64,000 nt of DNA, from contig OZ257142.1 of NCBI GenBank assembly GCA_965279035.1, positions 1,408,001 through 1,472,000 of the forward strand. The letters are read 5' to 3'. This stretch comes from Bacteroidia bacterium. Lineage in GTDB: Bacteria; Bacteroidota; Bacteroidia; M30B66. This document shows positions 49,380 through 59,229 of this stretch, one piece after another. Numbering within the stretch: the stretch's first letter is position 1; each line of letters starts with the position of its first letter. Position numbers and translations under genes: made by a program. The notes below the pieces were generated by a model. That model did no database searches. It saw only the letters and a program-made list of their open reading frames with translations, and had not been told where the DNA came from.

Positions 49380-50412
49380 TGCTAACTGTATTAGATAGTA
49401 ATTCTTTTATTAATCCTGATAAACTCACTGATGCGCATGCAATTTGCTCATCAGCTGCCCCGTAATAAATGTAAAGGCTATCTTCGAAAATGGCTGTTCC
49501 CGTTGGAAAACAAACATTATTGACAACGCCCGTTAATTCCCATTGTTGATCAGGATAAAAAAGCGGATAAGGTAAGCGAGCAATTTCTTTTTGAGGATCT
49601 TCTAAATCAAGTAAAGCGGCACAACTGGTATACATATACCCATTAATTGTATCATGAACTCCATGATATATTAACAACCATCCACTTTCTGTTTCAATTG
49701 GTGGACAACCACCACCTATATAACTTACTTCATGTTTGTATTTTGGGGATAATACGATGAATTTGTGTAAGTGTAGAAAATAGTTTTGCCAAAATTCGGT
49801 TGTAAGTTCTTCAAATGAATGAAAACTAACAATTTGAATATCTGGTCTTACTCGATGTAAAAAATGAATTTTATCGTTTATCTTTCTTGGAAATAAAATT
49901 ACATTCTTATCCCATATTAATACTTTTTTCCCATTTATTTCTTGCACTTTATTGTGTTCATTATATCGCAAGTATTTCTCATTCAATGTACCTTTTGATT
50001 CAGCTAAATGACTGAATTCTTGATAGGTAATTTGTGGGACAATAATTCCCTTTTTTTCAAAATGAATTAAATCTGTAGATGTTGCTAATGCACCCATTGC
50101 ATTTACTCCATCGTAAGCTGTATAGGTTAAATAATAGATTCCTTCAATGCATACTATTCTCGGATCTTCTGTTCCTTTTGATTCATAGTCAAATTGGGGG
50201 AAAATTAACGGAGTATCGAGACGTTCTATTACCTGCAATGGCCCAGATAGTTTACAAAATCCAATGCTCGAATAATTACCCTTACTTACAGCTCTATAAA
50301 ACAGATATACTTCGCCTTCAACTTTGATAATTGCTGGATTCAGAACGCCCTCATTTTCAAAACCATTTCCAGTTTTTACTAATATAACACCTTCTTTCTT
50401 TACTTCAATCAT
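49366..50412 (-). CDS. GH130-family glycoside phosphorylase/hydrolase
   Basis: GVLNP, EDPRI, YLTYTAYDG, DKN..LFP, GGGCPPIET..GWLLIYHG, NVCFPTG, IYYGAAD. Confidence 0.88.
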   Translation of the reverse strand: MIEVKKEGVILVKTGNGFENEGVLNPAIIKVEGEVYLFYRAVSKGNYSSIGFCKLSGPLQVIERLDTPLIFPQFDYESKGTEDPRIVCIEGIYYLTYTAYDGVNAMGALATSTDLIHFEKKGIIVPQITYQEFSHLAESKGTLNEKYLRYNEHNKVQEINGKKVLIWDKNVILFPRKINDKIHFLHRVRPDIQIVSFHSFEELTTEFWQNYFLHLHKFIVLSPKYKHEVSYIGGGCPPIETESGWLLIYHGVHDTINGYMYTSCAALLDLEDPQKEIARLPYPLFYPDQQWELTGVVNNVCFPTGTAIFEDSLYIYYGAADEQIACASVSLSGLIKELLSNTVSNENK

Positions 50413-50900
50413 GGCCTTGTTTTGTATATGAATAATGCAATTACTCCCATTGAAATGAATGTTAAAATAAAAATGGCAATGTATCTACTCACTCCAAATT
50501 CTTCCACTAAAATTCTTAATGGATATCCTATTGTTGAGTACATTACTGAAAGGAGCGTTTTCCTTCCATTCTTACTTTTTATTATATATTCATCAGCACC
50601 ATGCTGAAATGCTTCAATTGATGCTGCAACGTGCTCGTTTGAAGTAAACATTATTACTTCTGTATTTGGATTAATTTCTTTTATTTTTCCAATGACTTCA
50701 TTCCCTTTATTCCCTTCTAAATAAACATCCATTATCACTATTTCAGTACTATTGTTGATGTTTTTTAATGCCTCTTGACTACTGAAATATTTAGAAATCG
50801 CAATCGTATTATTGAATTTATTTTTAAGAAAAAGTTCTAATTCAGAAGCCATCTTTAAATTATCATCAATAATGAAAACATTCGTAAATACTGGATTCAT
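50409..50900 (-). CDS. Response regulator receiver with C-terminal transmembrane helix
   Basis: IIDDN, IMD, MFTS, GADEYIIK; tail YIAIFILTFISMGVIALFIY. Confidence 0.82.
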   Translation of the reverse strand: MNPVFTNVFIIDDNLKMASELELFLKNKFNNTIAISKYFSSQEALKNINNSTEIVIMDVYLEGNKGNEVIGKIKEINPNTEVIMFTSNEHVAASIEAFQHGADEYIIKSKNGRKTLLSVMYSTIGYPLRILVEEFGVSRYIAIFILTFISMGVIALFIYKTRP

Positions 50901-50951
50901 GGTTTCTCGTATTGAAATGATTGAAAATATTTGTTAATTGAATTTGAAAGC

Positions 50952-51182
50952 TTAAACTTTTGAATTAGGCACTTGAATATGACTTAATTCATATTTATTC
51001 ATTAATTCATTCAGTGAATTCAAATATTCTTCAAGTGATTTATCTTGAATTTCTCCTTCTTTATATCTACTTGAATTTAGTGGCATTTCACCTATGTATA
51101 TTGAAAGCTCAGGAAATCGTTTTGTTATTTCCTGGGTTTTTTCTAAAATCTTCTTCATTAAAAATTCACTGGATTTAGTCAT
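50952..51182 (-). CDS. Small conserved hypothetical protein
   Basis: ILE.T..I...FPELS.YI.EMP...LEEYLNSL..L..KY resembles a recurring flavobacterial family (recalled). Confidence 0.65.
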   Translation of the reverse strand: MTKSSEFLMKKILEKTQEITKRFPELSIYIGEMPLNSSRYKEGEIQDKSLEEYLNSLNELMNKYELSHIQVPNSKV

Positions 51183-51203
51183 TCTATTTATGTTGTCTTG
51201 GAT

Positions 51204-51899
51204 TTACATTTTTTCACAAATCAGAATGCATTTTTCTACATGATCTAAATGCATTTTTAGTGTAAGAAGTGTTGTTTGAGCCCATATCTTAATTTCAATA
51301 TTGGATGTTTCTTTTATTTCCTTTTCAAATGAGTTTATAGCTTCTTTATGTCCAAGAGCCATCATTTCACAATAAGCCATGTCAAATGCTTTTCCTGAAT
51401 TCTTATTTAATTTTTCAAATGATGCAATTGCTTTATCACTAGCAGCTGACGGAACTATGATATTATTCTTTTGAGCAATTTCTGTCAGAGAATTCAAGGT
51501 GTTTCCATGCTCTAATACGAGCATTTGTGCTAATTCTCTTACTTCTTTAGTTTGAGTTTTCTGTTCTGCTAAATCACCCAGGCGCATTTCTTCCAAGCTT
51601 ATTTCAGCAGCATTTATTAAAAATTTTGAATCTACTTCGTTTATTGATTTAACTGGTGATTTTTCATCTCCCGAAACTGTATTTTCATTCGATTTTTGTA
51701 CATTATTACATGCACTTAGTATGATTAATCCAATTAAGAAGAGGAATGAATATTTTTCTTTTCTTAATTTATTTCCTAAAAATGCTGACCTCGAGTTTTT
51801 AATTTTAGGAGATGGAATTGAAATTAATTCATTTTCCTTTTTTTGATTTAATTTCAAATAGTTTTCAATCTCTTGAATGAAATTATTAATCGTTATCAT
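51204..51899 (-). CDS. DUF4142 (ferritin-like) domain protein, probable lipoprotein
   Basis: DSKFL..AAEISLEE..LG.LA, SGKAFD.AY..MM..GH, TL.TL..HL; lipobox LSAC near residue 64, so the true start may lie further into the ORF. Confidence 0.82.
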   Translation of the reverse strand: MITINNFIQEIENYLKLNQKKENELISIPSPKIKNSRSAFLGNKLRKEKYSFLFLIGLIILSACNNVQKSNENTVSGDEKSPVKSINEVDSKFLINAAEISLEEMRLGDLAEQKTQTKEVRELAQMLVLEHGNTLNSLTEIAQKNNIIVPSAASDKAIASFEKLNKNSGKAFDMAYCEMMALGHKEAINSFEKEIKETSNIEIKIWAQTTLLTLKMHLDHVEKCILICEKM

Positions 51900-52010
51900 A
51901 TTGAAACTTGTTCGTAAATGAATTATTACGATTCAAATTTCCTTCTATATATCTTATTATCTATTACATAAAAAGAGTACTTAATTACACTATTCTTAGG
52001 AACGAATTCG

Positions 52011-52445
52011 CTACATTCTATCTTTATACCAAGATAATATATTCTCCATTTTTTTAAAACGTGAAATCGAGTTAATGATTTTCTGAATTCTTAAAAACGC
52101 TGTTTCACTCTTTACAACATAATCAAATGCTCTGTGATGCATACATTCTATTGCAACTTCTATTTTGTCTTGAGACGATAACATAATTACAGGTATATCT
52201 GGATTATATTCCTTTATCTTATCTAATACCTGAATTCCATTCATGGCAAAGCGATCTAAACCATCTAAGTGATAGTCTAGAATGATAATATCAGGTGTTA
52301 AATTAAGTTCAACTAAACACAATTCACCTGTCTCAAATGTCTTGATTTCATATTCATTATGAAGTCTGAAATCATTTTCAAGTAGTTTTAGATAAATTGA
52401 ATCATCATCAACTAGGAATATTAATACCTTTTTCTCCGTATTCAT
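52011..52445 (-). CDS. Stand-alone response regulator receiver
   Basis: LVDDD, PDIIILDY, MNGIQVL, MLSSQ, AFDYVVK. Confidence 0.9.
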   Translation of the reverse strand: MNTEKKVLIFLVDDDSIYLKLLENDFRLHNEYEIKTFETGELCLVELNLTPDIIILDYHLDGLDRFAMNGIQVLDKIKEYNPDIPVIMLSSQDKIEVAIECMHHRAFDYVVKSETAFLRIQKIINSISRFKKMENILSWYKDRM

Positions 52446-54441
52446 TTTTAAATTTTAATTGTTTAATTTCCTCTTGTAATTCAATGCAAGATTGTTCACA
52501 GGTTTTTTCTATTAATTCAATTAAATCATGAATTCCATCATCCTGTTGTCGACTTCTTGCGAATTCTTGAATCTGTCTTGCCACATTCTCAATTTCTTTA
52601 TTAATTCCCATGATTGAAAAAGATGGAATCATTTTATGAACAGCCATTTGAAGGGATTTCCAATCTTCCTCCTTCAAACTTTTTTTCATTGCATTAATTA
52701 AAACCGGCGTCTGTTCCAAGTAAAGAGATATTATCTCTTTCATTAATATTGGATCTGATTTAGTTCTTTGATGTAAAAATTCAAGATTAATTAATTTTAG
52801 GGGTTTTAATATCACTTTGTCAAGCTCAAATATGTTCTTATTTATTTGACTTTTAGGATGAACTAACCCTATCATTTTCGAATACAAAATCCGTTCATCA
52901 ACCGGCTTTGCTATATAATCATTCATTCCTGCCGCTTTGCATTTTTGTATGTCAACGGTTGTCACATCAGCAGTTAATGCAATAATGGGGGTTTTTAGTT
53001 TCAATTTTTTTCTTATCACATTCGTAGCTTCAAAACCATTCATTTCTGGCATTTGAAGATCCATTAAGATAATATCATAATTATTTTTGTTTTTAAGCAT
53101 TTCTATTGCTACCTTTCCATTTTCAGCAATATCATAATCAAACCCAAAATCATCTAATAATGTTTTCATTAAAAGCTGATTAAGTTTAATATCTTCTACA
53201 ACTAAAATTCTAATATTCTTAATTTCACTATTATATTCTGGACCTTCTACTTCCAATTCAGGAAGTTCTATTGTTTTCTTAAAATTTAACTTGAAACTAA
53301 AAGTTGAACCATGTTTTAGCTTACTTGTTAGATGAATAGTTCCTTTCTGTGATTCAATTAACTGTTTCACTATTGCTAAGCCTAATCCAGTGCCTCCATA
53401 TATTCGAGAGGTTCCATTTGTTGCTTGTTGGAAATTTTCAAATATTTTTAGTTTTTTATCCTCAGGTATTCCGATTCCTGTATCTGACACTGAAAATAGT
53501 ACTGTTATAGTTTCATTTGTTTCTTCAACAAGTTTTAATTTAACAGTTATTGATCCTTCTTGTGTAAATTTTATTGCATTACTCAATAAATTCAGCATAA
53601 TTTGATTGAGTCGCATAGCATCCCCCAATACTATTTCTGGTATATATGAATCATATTTTTCATGTAACACCAAATTCTTTTCTTGAATTTTATTTTCAAA
53701 TAATTGCAAATTCATTTTAATTCCTTGAACTAAACGAAATGGCTTTTCCTCAAATACCATATTTCCAGAATCAACTTTTGCTAAATCAAGAATATCATTG
53801 ATTAAAACAACCATTGAATCTCCACTTGTTTTAATTGCATTCAAGTATTCTTTCTGTTTTGCACTAATTTCTGTCTTTAATATAACTTTTGTAAATCCGA
53901 TAATGGCATTCATAGGAGTCCTAATTTCATGACTCATATTCGATAAAAATTGTTGCTTTGACTTGAGGGCCTCTTCAGCTATTTTCATTGATTTCTCAGC
54001 CTTTTCACGTGCCTTCTCGGCCATTGTTTTTGCTTCTTCGGCCTTAATATTTGCATTCATTAATTCTCGTTCAATTCGCTTTTGTTCGGTTACATCTCTT
54101 GCTACCACAACTGCTCCAAGTGCATTCCCTTCTTCATCTTTATATAAAGATCCATTAAACAACACATCGGTCAGTTTCCCATCTCGAATTGTGAGAGGAT
54201 AATTCTTCACAAATCCTTTTAGAAATATTTTCTGATATACTTCCCGAGCTCTTTCTGGTTCAGTGAAATAATCATAAAAATGTGTACCAATTAATTCCTT
54301 TTTTGATACACCAGTTATGGTCGACATCGCTTCATTCGTATCCGTAATTTCTCCTGCAGAACTAATTGTGATTAGTGGGTCAAGACTGGCTTCAATCAAG
54401 CTTCGGGCATAATTCGATGTATACTGTTTTATTTTTATCAT
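52408..54441 (-). CDS. Cytoplasmic hybrid histidine kinase (PAS-HisKA-HATPase-REC-Hpt)
   Basis: YARSLIEASLDPL PAS, FLSNMSHEIRTPMN, NLLSNAIKFT, GGTGLGL, LMDLQMPEMNG, VHKMIPS (Hpt). Confidence 0.93.
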   Translation of the reverse strand: MIKIKQYTSNYARSLIEASLDPLITISSAGEITDTNEAMSTITGVSKKELIGTHFYDYFTEPERAREVYQKIFLKGFVKNYPLTIRDGKLTDVLFNGSLYKDEEGNALGAVVVARDVTEQKRIERELMNANIKAEEAKTMAEKAREKAEKSMKIAEEALKSKQQFLSNMSHEIRTPMNAIIGFTKVILKTEISAKQKEYLNAIKTSGDSMVVLINDILDLAKVDSGNMVFEEKPFRLVQGIKMNLQLFENKIQEKNLVLHEKYDSYIPEIVLGDAMRLNQIMLNLLSNAIKFTQEGSITVKLKLVEETNETITVLFSVSDTGIGIPEDKKLKIFENFQQATNGTSRIYGGTGLGLAIVKQLIESQKGTIHLTSKLKHGSTFSFKLNFKKTIELPELEVEGPEYNSEIKNIRILVVEDIKLNQLLMKTLLDDFGFDYDIAENGKVAIEMLKNKNNYDIILMDLQMPEMNGFEATNVIRKKLKLKTPIIALTADVTTVDIQKCKAAGMNDYIAKPVDERILYSKMIGLVHPKSQINKNIFELDKVILKPLKLINLEFLHQRTKSDPILMKEIISLYLEQTPVLINAMKKSLKEEDWKSLQMAVHKMIPSFSIMGINKEIENVARQIQEFARSRQQDDGIHDLIELIEKTCEQSCIELQEEIKQLKFKNEYGEKGINIPS

Positions 54442-55025
54442 TTCAATAAAATAGAATTCATTTCACCAATTTCTTCAATCGGACTCCTTCTTTTATCTTT
54501 TAGTTTTTTAAAGTGTGTTGGTGATAAACCTGTTGCTTTCTTGAATTGATTTGATAAATGCGCAACACTGCTATAATGCATCTTCCATGCTATTTCTGTT
54601 ATATTTAATTCATCATAAATAATTAATTCTTTAATCCTCTCTATTTTATTGGATATAATATATTGTTCTATTGTACTCCCTTGAACTTCTGAAAATAAAT
54701 TGGCTAAATAGGTATAATCATAATTTAATTTACTACTTAAATACTCTGAAAAATTAACCTTAATCCTCTCATCTGTATAATGAACCATTTCAATAATTGA
54801 ATTTTTAATTTTTTCGATCAATACTGACTTTTTATCATCCATTAACTCAAGACCTGATTTGAGTAATTCAGCTTTTAATTGCATTCGTGTTTCCTTATCA
54901 ATCTCCTCCATTATTTCTATTTCACCTAAGTCAACAACAACAAAATGAAGATCAAGCTTTTTAAGCTCCTCCTTCACCATCATCTTGCAACGATTACTAA
55001 CCATGTATTTTATATATAGCTTCAA
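54438..55025 (-). CDS. AraC family transcriptional regulator (Bacteroidota type), TTG start
   Basis: KLYIKYMVSNRCKM, YDYTYLANLFSE, ITEIAWKMHYSSVAHLSNQFKKATGLSPTHFK. Confidence 0.92.
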   Translation of the reverse strand: MKLYIKYMVSNRCKMMVKEELKKLDLHFVVVDLGEIEIMEEIDKETRMQLKAELLKSGLELMDDKKSVLIEKIKNSIIEMVHYTDERIKVNFSEYLSSKLNYDYTYLANLFSEVQGSTIEQYIISNKIERIKELIIYDELNITEIAWKMHYSSVAHLSNQFKKATGLSPTHFKKLKDKRRSPIEEIGEMNSILLK

Positions 55026-55287
55026 TGGAGTATATTTTTAACATTCAAATTTGATCACTAATGTTCACCTGAACCTTATGGTTTGAATTCAATTCTTTGC
55101 ATAATTCACACATTCAGATTTTGTTATAATTTACACATAATTACTATCTAAAATACATCCTACTATATTCAACTCAATTATTCTTATGCTCATATACACT
55201 AAGATACAAGACAAAGATTTTCATTTCAACCTGCAATGGTTTGGCTTTTTTGTCATTTCTTTTACTTTTACCACTTACCCAATTTCT

Positions 55288-58200
55288 ATGTTCAAACGTT
55301 CCCTTACATTTTTATCTCTTTTCATTTCATTTACAATTTCCGCCCAAAAAAAGCCTAACTCAAAATCTGAAACTAAGCCCGATTGGGATGTAAATATTCC
55401 TATTGGTCCAACCAAAAGTGTTTCGTTTGACCTCGATGAAGGAACTTGGATGAATTTAGATGTGAGTCCTGATGGGAAATCCATCGTCTTTGACTTGCTA
55501 GGTGATATCTATTCAATGCCCAGTTCAGGCGGAAAGGCACAATGCTTACGTGCTGGTTTAGCCTATGAAGTTCAGCCACGCTTTAGTCCTGATGGCAAGT
55601 TTATTTCTTTTACCAGTGATGCTGGTGGTGGTGATAATATTTGGATTATGAATTCAGATGGTACGAATTCTCGTCAAGTTACAAAAGAAGACTTTCGATT
55701 ATTGAATAATGCCGTTTGGACTCCTGACGGAAAATACCTCATCGCAAGGAAGCATTTTACTAGTACCCGTTCAGCTGGTGCTGGTGAATTATGGATGTAT
55801 CATATTTCGGGTGGAAGTGGAATTCAACTAACTCAAAAGAAAAATGATCAACAAGATTTAGGAGAACCATTCGTATCAACAGATAATCGTTATGTGTACT
55901 ATAGCGAGGATGTTTATCCAGGTGGATATTTTCAATACAACAAGGATCCCAATTCCCAGATTTATGTCATCAAACGACTGGATCGGAAAACAGGAACAAA
56001 CGATATTGTTGTTCGTGGTCCGGGTGGTGCTGTGCGTCCTACTTTATCGCATGATGGGAAACACATTGCTTTTGTAAGAAGAGTTCGTGAAAAAACAGTT
56101 CTCTTTATTCGTGAACTTTCAAGTGGTATTGAAAAACCGGTTTATACAGAGTTAAGCAAGGATCAACAAGAAGCATGGGCTATTTTTGGAGTCTATTCTA
56201 ATTTCAATTGGTCGCCCGATGATCAAGCTATTTATATTTGGGCTAAAGGGAAAATTCGGAAAATAGCTGTTTCCTCTGGACAATCAGAAGTAGTACCTTT
56301 CCAAGTTACCAGTTCACATAAAATATCAGAAGCACTCCATTTTCAACAAGAGGCAGCACCTGATTCTTTTGATGTAAAAACAATCCGACAGGCAATCACT
56401 TCTCCCGATAATAAATACATCGTATTTAATGCTGTTGGATATCTCTGGAAAAAAGACCTTCCATCTGGTAAACCAACACGTTTAACAAAATCTGAGAATT
56501 TTGAATTTGAACCAACATTCTCACCCGATGGGAAATCGCTTGCTTTTGTTAGTTGGAGCGATACTTCACTTGGAGCAATATGTGTTTTCGATATCAACAA
56601 TAGAACTGTCAAATCGGTTACGAAAGAAAAAGGAATTTATAGAACACCTTCATTTTCGCCCGATGCAAGCAAATTGGTTTACCTCAAAGAGGAAGGAAAT
56701 GATCATCAGGGCTTCTCTTATTGCAATGAACCTGGTATTTATATTTTGTCATTGAAGGACTTTTCCACAAGTAAAATCCAAATTGATGGTGAAAATCCTC
56801 GTTTTAGTGCTGACGGAAAACGAATCTTTTTTCAAACTGGAGGTTACCTTTTTGGTGCATTAGATAAAGCGTTTAAGAGTGTTGACTTGAATGGATTTGA
56901 TGAAAAAACGCACTATACTTCAACCTATGCAAATCTCTTTGTGCCAAGTCCCGACAACCAATGGTTAGCATTTACAGAATTATTTAAAGTGTATATCACC
57001 CCATTAATTCAAACAGGGAAGGCACTTAGCTTGAGCAATGGAACTGATTCGTATCCATTAAAAATGGTTTCGGAAGAGGCTGGAATTAATTTGCATTGGA
57101 CTGCAACAACGAATCAATTGCATTGGACGTTGGGGGATACATATTATAGTACAGATGTAAAATACTGGTTAGACTTAAACCAAGGAGTTGAAGCACCAAA
57201 GCCAGTAAGTTCAGGTTTGAAAGTGGGTCTTCGTTTAGCTCATGATAAACCACTTGGTTCAGTTGCATATATCAATGCACGAATTATTACCATGAAGGAT
57301 AGTTCTTCCATTATTGAAAATGGGACGATACTTACAAAAGGAAATCGCATTGTTCAAATTGGATTAAACGATGCTGTCTCTATTCCTATCGATGCTCAAG
57401 TGGTGAACTGTTCTGGCAAAACAATAATGCCAGGAATTATTGACGTGCATGCTCATCTTGGAACATTTCGCTATGGCTTGAGTCCGCAACAACAATGGTC
57501 ATATTTTGCCAATTTAGCTTTTGGTGTTACTACCACGCATGATCCATCCTCGAATACCGAAATGGTATTTTCACAAAGTGAGATGGTGAAAGCAGGCATC
57601 ATGACCGGTCCACGGATTTTTTCTACTGGTATTATTTTATATGGAGCTGATGGCGATTTCAAAGCGCAAATTAATAAGTTGGATGATGCTCGATTTGCAT
57701 TAAAACGTACCAAAGCTTTTGGAGCATTTAGTGTAAAAAGTTACAATCAACCACGTCGTAACCAACGCCAACAAGTAATTGCAGCAGCCAGAGAATTGCA
57801 AATGGAAGTGGTGCCTGAAGGTGGATCACATTTCTTTCATAATATGAGTATGATACTCGATGGTCATACGGGTATTGAGCATAACATACCTGTTGCGGAT
57901 ATATACAATGACGTAGTGAAACTTTGGAGCAATTCTAAAACGGGTTACACTCCAACATTGATTGTTAGTTATGGAGCAATTAATGGGGAATATTATTACT
58001 ATCAAAAAGATAAAATTTGGGAAAACGCACGTCTTCTCAATTTTACTCCAAGGGCTTTAGTCGATCCACGTTCACGTTATCGTACGGCAGTACCGGATGA
58101 AGAATATTACAATGGACACATGTTAATTGCTCGTTCTTGCAAAAAGCTAGTTGATGCAGGTGTTCGCGTTAATTTGGGTGCACACGGACAAATTCAAGGC

Positions 58201-58572
58201 TTAGGTGCACACTGGGAATTAAAAATGTTAGCCTCAGGTGGAATGAGTAATTACCAAGCTCTACAATGCGCTACTGTAAATGGTGCATATTATATTGGTA
58301 TGGAGAAAGATCTTGGAACACTCGAAGTTGGGAAATTGGCCGATTTCATTGTCTTGGATTCTAATCCATTGGATGATATTAATAATATAGGAACGATAAA
58401 ATACACTGTTGCGAATGGGACAGGGTATGATTCGATGTCAATGCAACCATTAAATCTGAAATTGAGAAAACGTATGCCTTTCTATTTTGAACAGCTCTAT
58501 GGAAATAACGATTTTCATTGGCATGATGAAACTCACAGTTTTCACGGATTGAATTGTGGTTGTAGAAAGTAG
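55288..58572 (+). CDS. Exported amidohydrolase with N-terminal PD40/TolB-like propellers
   Basis: Signal peptide from MFKRSL (55288); many [S/T]PDG repeats; MPGIIDVHAH, VKSYNQPRR, GIEH, GAHGQ, GTLEVGKLADF. Confidence 0.92.
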   Translation: MFKRSLTFLSLFISFTISAQKKPNSKSETKPDWDVNIPIGPTKSVSFDLDEGTWMNLDVSPDGKSIVFDLLGDIYSMPSSGGKAQCLRAGLAYEVQPRFSPDGKFISFTSDAGGGDNIWIMNSDGTNSRQVTKEDFRLLNNAVWTPDGKYLIARKHFTSTRSAGAGELWMYHISGGSGIQLTQKKNDQQDLGEPFVSTDNRYVYYSEDVYPGGYFQYNKDPNSQIYVIKRLDRKTGTNDIVVRGPGGAVRPTLSHDGKHIAFVRRVREKTVLFIRELSSGIEKPVYTELSKDQQEAWAIFGVYSNFNWSPDDQAIYIWAKGKIRKIAVSSGQSEVVPFQVTSSHKISEALHFQQEAAPDSFDVKTIRQAITSPDNKYIVFNAVGYLWKKDLPSGKPTRLTKSENFEFEPTFSPDGKSLAFVSWSDTSLGAICVFDINNRTVKSVTKEKGIYRTPSFSPDASKLVYLKEEGNDHQGFSYCNEPGIYILSLKDFSTSKIQIDGENPRFSADGKRIFFQTGGYLFGALDKAFKSVDLNGFDEKTHYTSTYANLFVPSPDNQWLAFTELFKVYITPLIQTGKALSLSNGTDSYPLKMVSEEAGINLHWTATTNQLHWTLGDTYYSTDVKYWLDLNQGVEAPKPVSSGLKVGLRLAHDKPLGSVAYINARIITMKDSSSIIENGTILTKGNRIVQIGLNDAVSIPIDAQVVNCSGKTIMPGIIDVHAHLGTFRYGLSPQQQWSYFANLAFGVTTTHDPSSNTEMVFSQSEMVKAGIMTGPRIFSTGIILYGADGDFKAQINKLDDARFALKRTKAFGAFSVKSYNQPRRNQRQQVIAAARELQMEVVPEGGSHFFHNMSMILDGHTGIEHNIPVADIYNDVVKLWSNSKTGYTPTLIVSYGAINGEYYYYQKDKIWENARLLNFTPRALVDPRSRYRTAVPDEEYYNGHMLIARSCKKLVDAGVRVNLGAHGQIQGLGAHWELKMLASGGMSNYQALQCATVNGAYYIGMEKDLGTLEVGKLADFIVLDSNPLDDINNIGTIKYTVANGTGYDSMSMQPLNLKLRKRMPFYFEQLYGNNDFHWHDETHSFHGLNCGCRK

Positions 58573-58660
58573 TAGTTAATACCTGTTTCGTCAAAAAGCC
58601 TAACAGTGTTCTTTTTGATGTTTAATATTTAAATGTTTGATTGACTATCGTATAAAAAAT

Positions 58661-58685
58661 GCTCTTCGTTTGAGGAGCTTTTTTT
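58661..58685 (+). terminator. Intrinsic terminator
   Basis: GCTCTTC-GTTT-GAGGAGC followed by T7. Confidence 0.7.
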
Positions 58686-58832
58686 GTTTACAGATGTATT
58701 TATTTTCCACCCCATTCGTTTAATATATTGATAATCAAATAAATAACTATCGTAGTTATTAACACTATCTAGTTCATTGCTTTTAATAAGGCAGCTGATT
58801 AACAGCAGTTTACTACCTCTATCTTCGACAGT

Positions 58833-59039
58833 ATGATACGGTTGTTCGGTTTACTTAGTTGTCTGCTCGCCTTGTTCTTGCTGCCCTTGAACCTTCGTTT
58901 GCTTTCAGATGCAATGGGGATGAGTTCAAATGGTTCACTTTCTGGATCTTGTTCTGGAAGTTGGATTCTTTTTGCTCTACTCTCATTAACAACTTTATTA
59001 TCAGCATTTGCTGGTATTAAAGTCATTCGTAGAGCATAA
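58833..59039 (+). CDS. Possible small two-helix membrane protein
   Basis: Two hydrophobic segments separated by a Ser/Gly linker; TATCTTCG (-7-like) just upstream. Confidence 0.35.
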   Translation: MIRLFGLLSCLLALFLLPLNLRLLSDAMGMSSNGSLSGSCSGSWILFALLSLTTLLSAFAGIKVIRRA

Positions 59040-59217
59040 GTTCATTTTCAGCCTGAAGAGAAAGTGATATTGAATGAGTTCTGGTTGTTCTCCATTCAAT
59101 GTATTTCTTTCTCTTCAGCAAGGTTTGCAATTTTTTCCAGCTGGCATTATTCTTGCTAAGCCCGCCGCTGCATTTTAAAAGCTACTTTTTCAAAACCATA
59201 TCGGTATTAAAAAAGTT

Positions 59218-59225
59218 TACATTTG
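59218..59225 (+). promoter_or_regulatory. -7 promoter element of the leader ORF / SulP operon
   Basis: TACATTTG, 4 nt before the ATG at 59230 (near-leaderless). Confidence 0.6.
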
Positions 59226-59229
59226 CCCC

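Noticed and set aside
49366-50412. Pesticidal Cry-toxin label that I recall being attached to such proteins
   Set aside because: Motifs are those of GH130 propellers; no Cry toxin features are visible.
45128-55285. Prophage, ICE or IS origin of the AT-rich block
   Set aside because: No integrase, transposase, tRNA or att-like repeat was seen at the right boundary.
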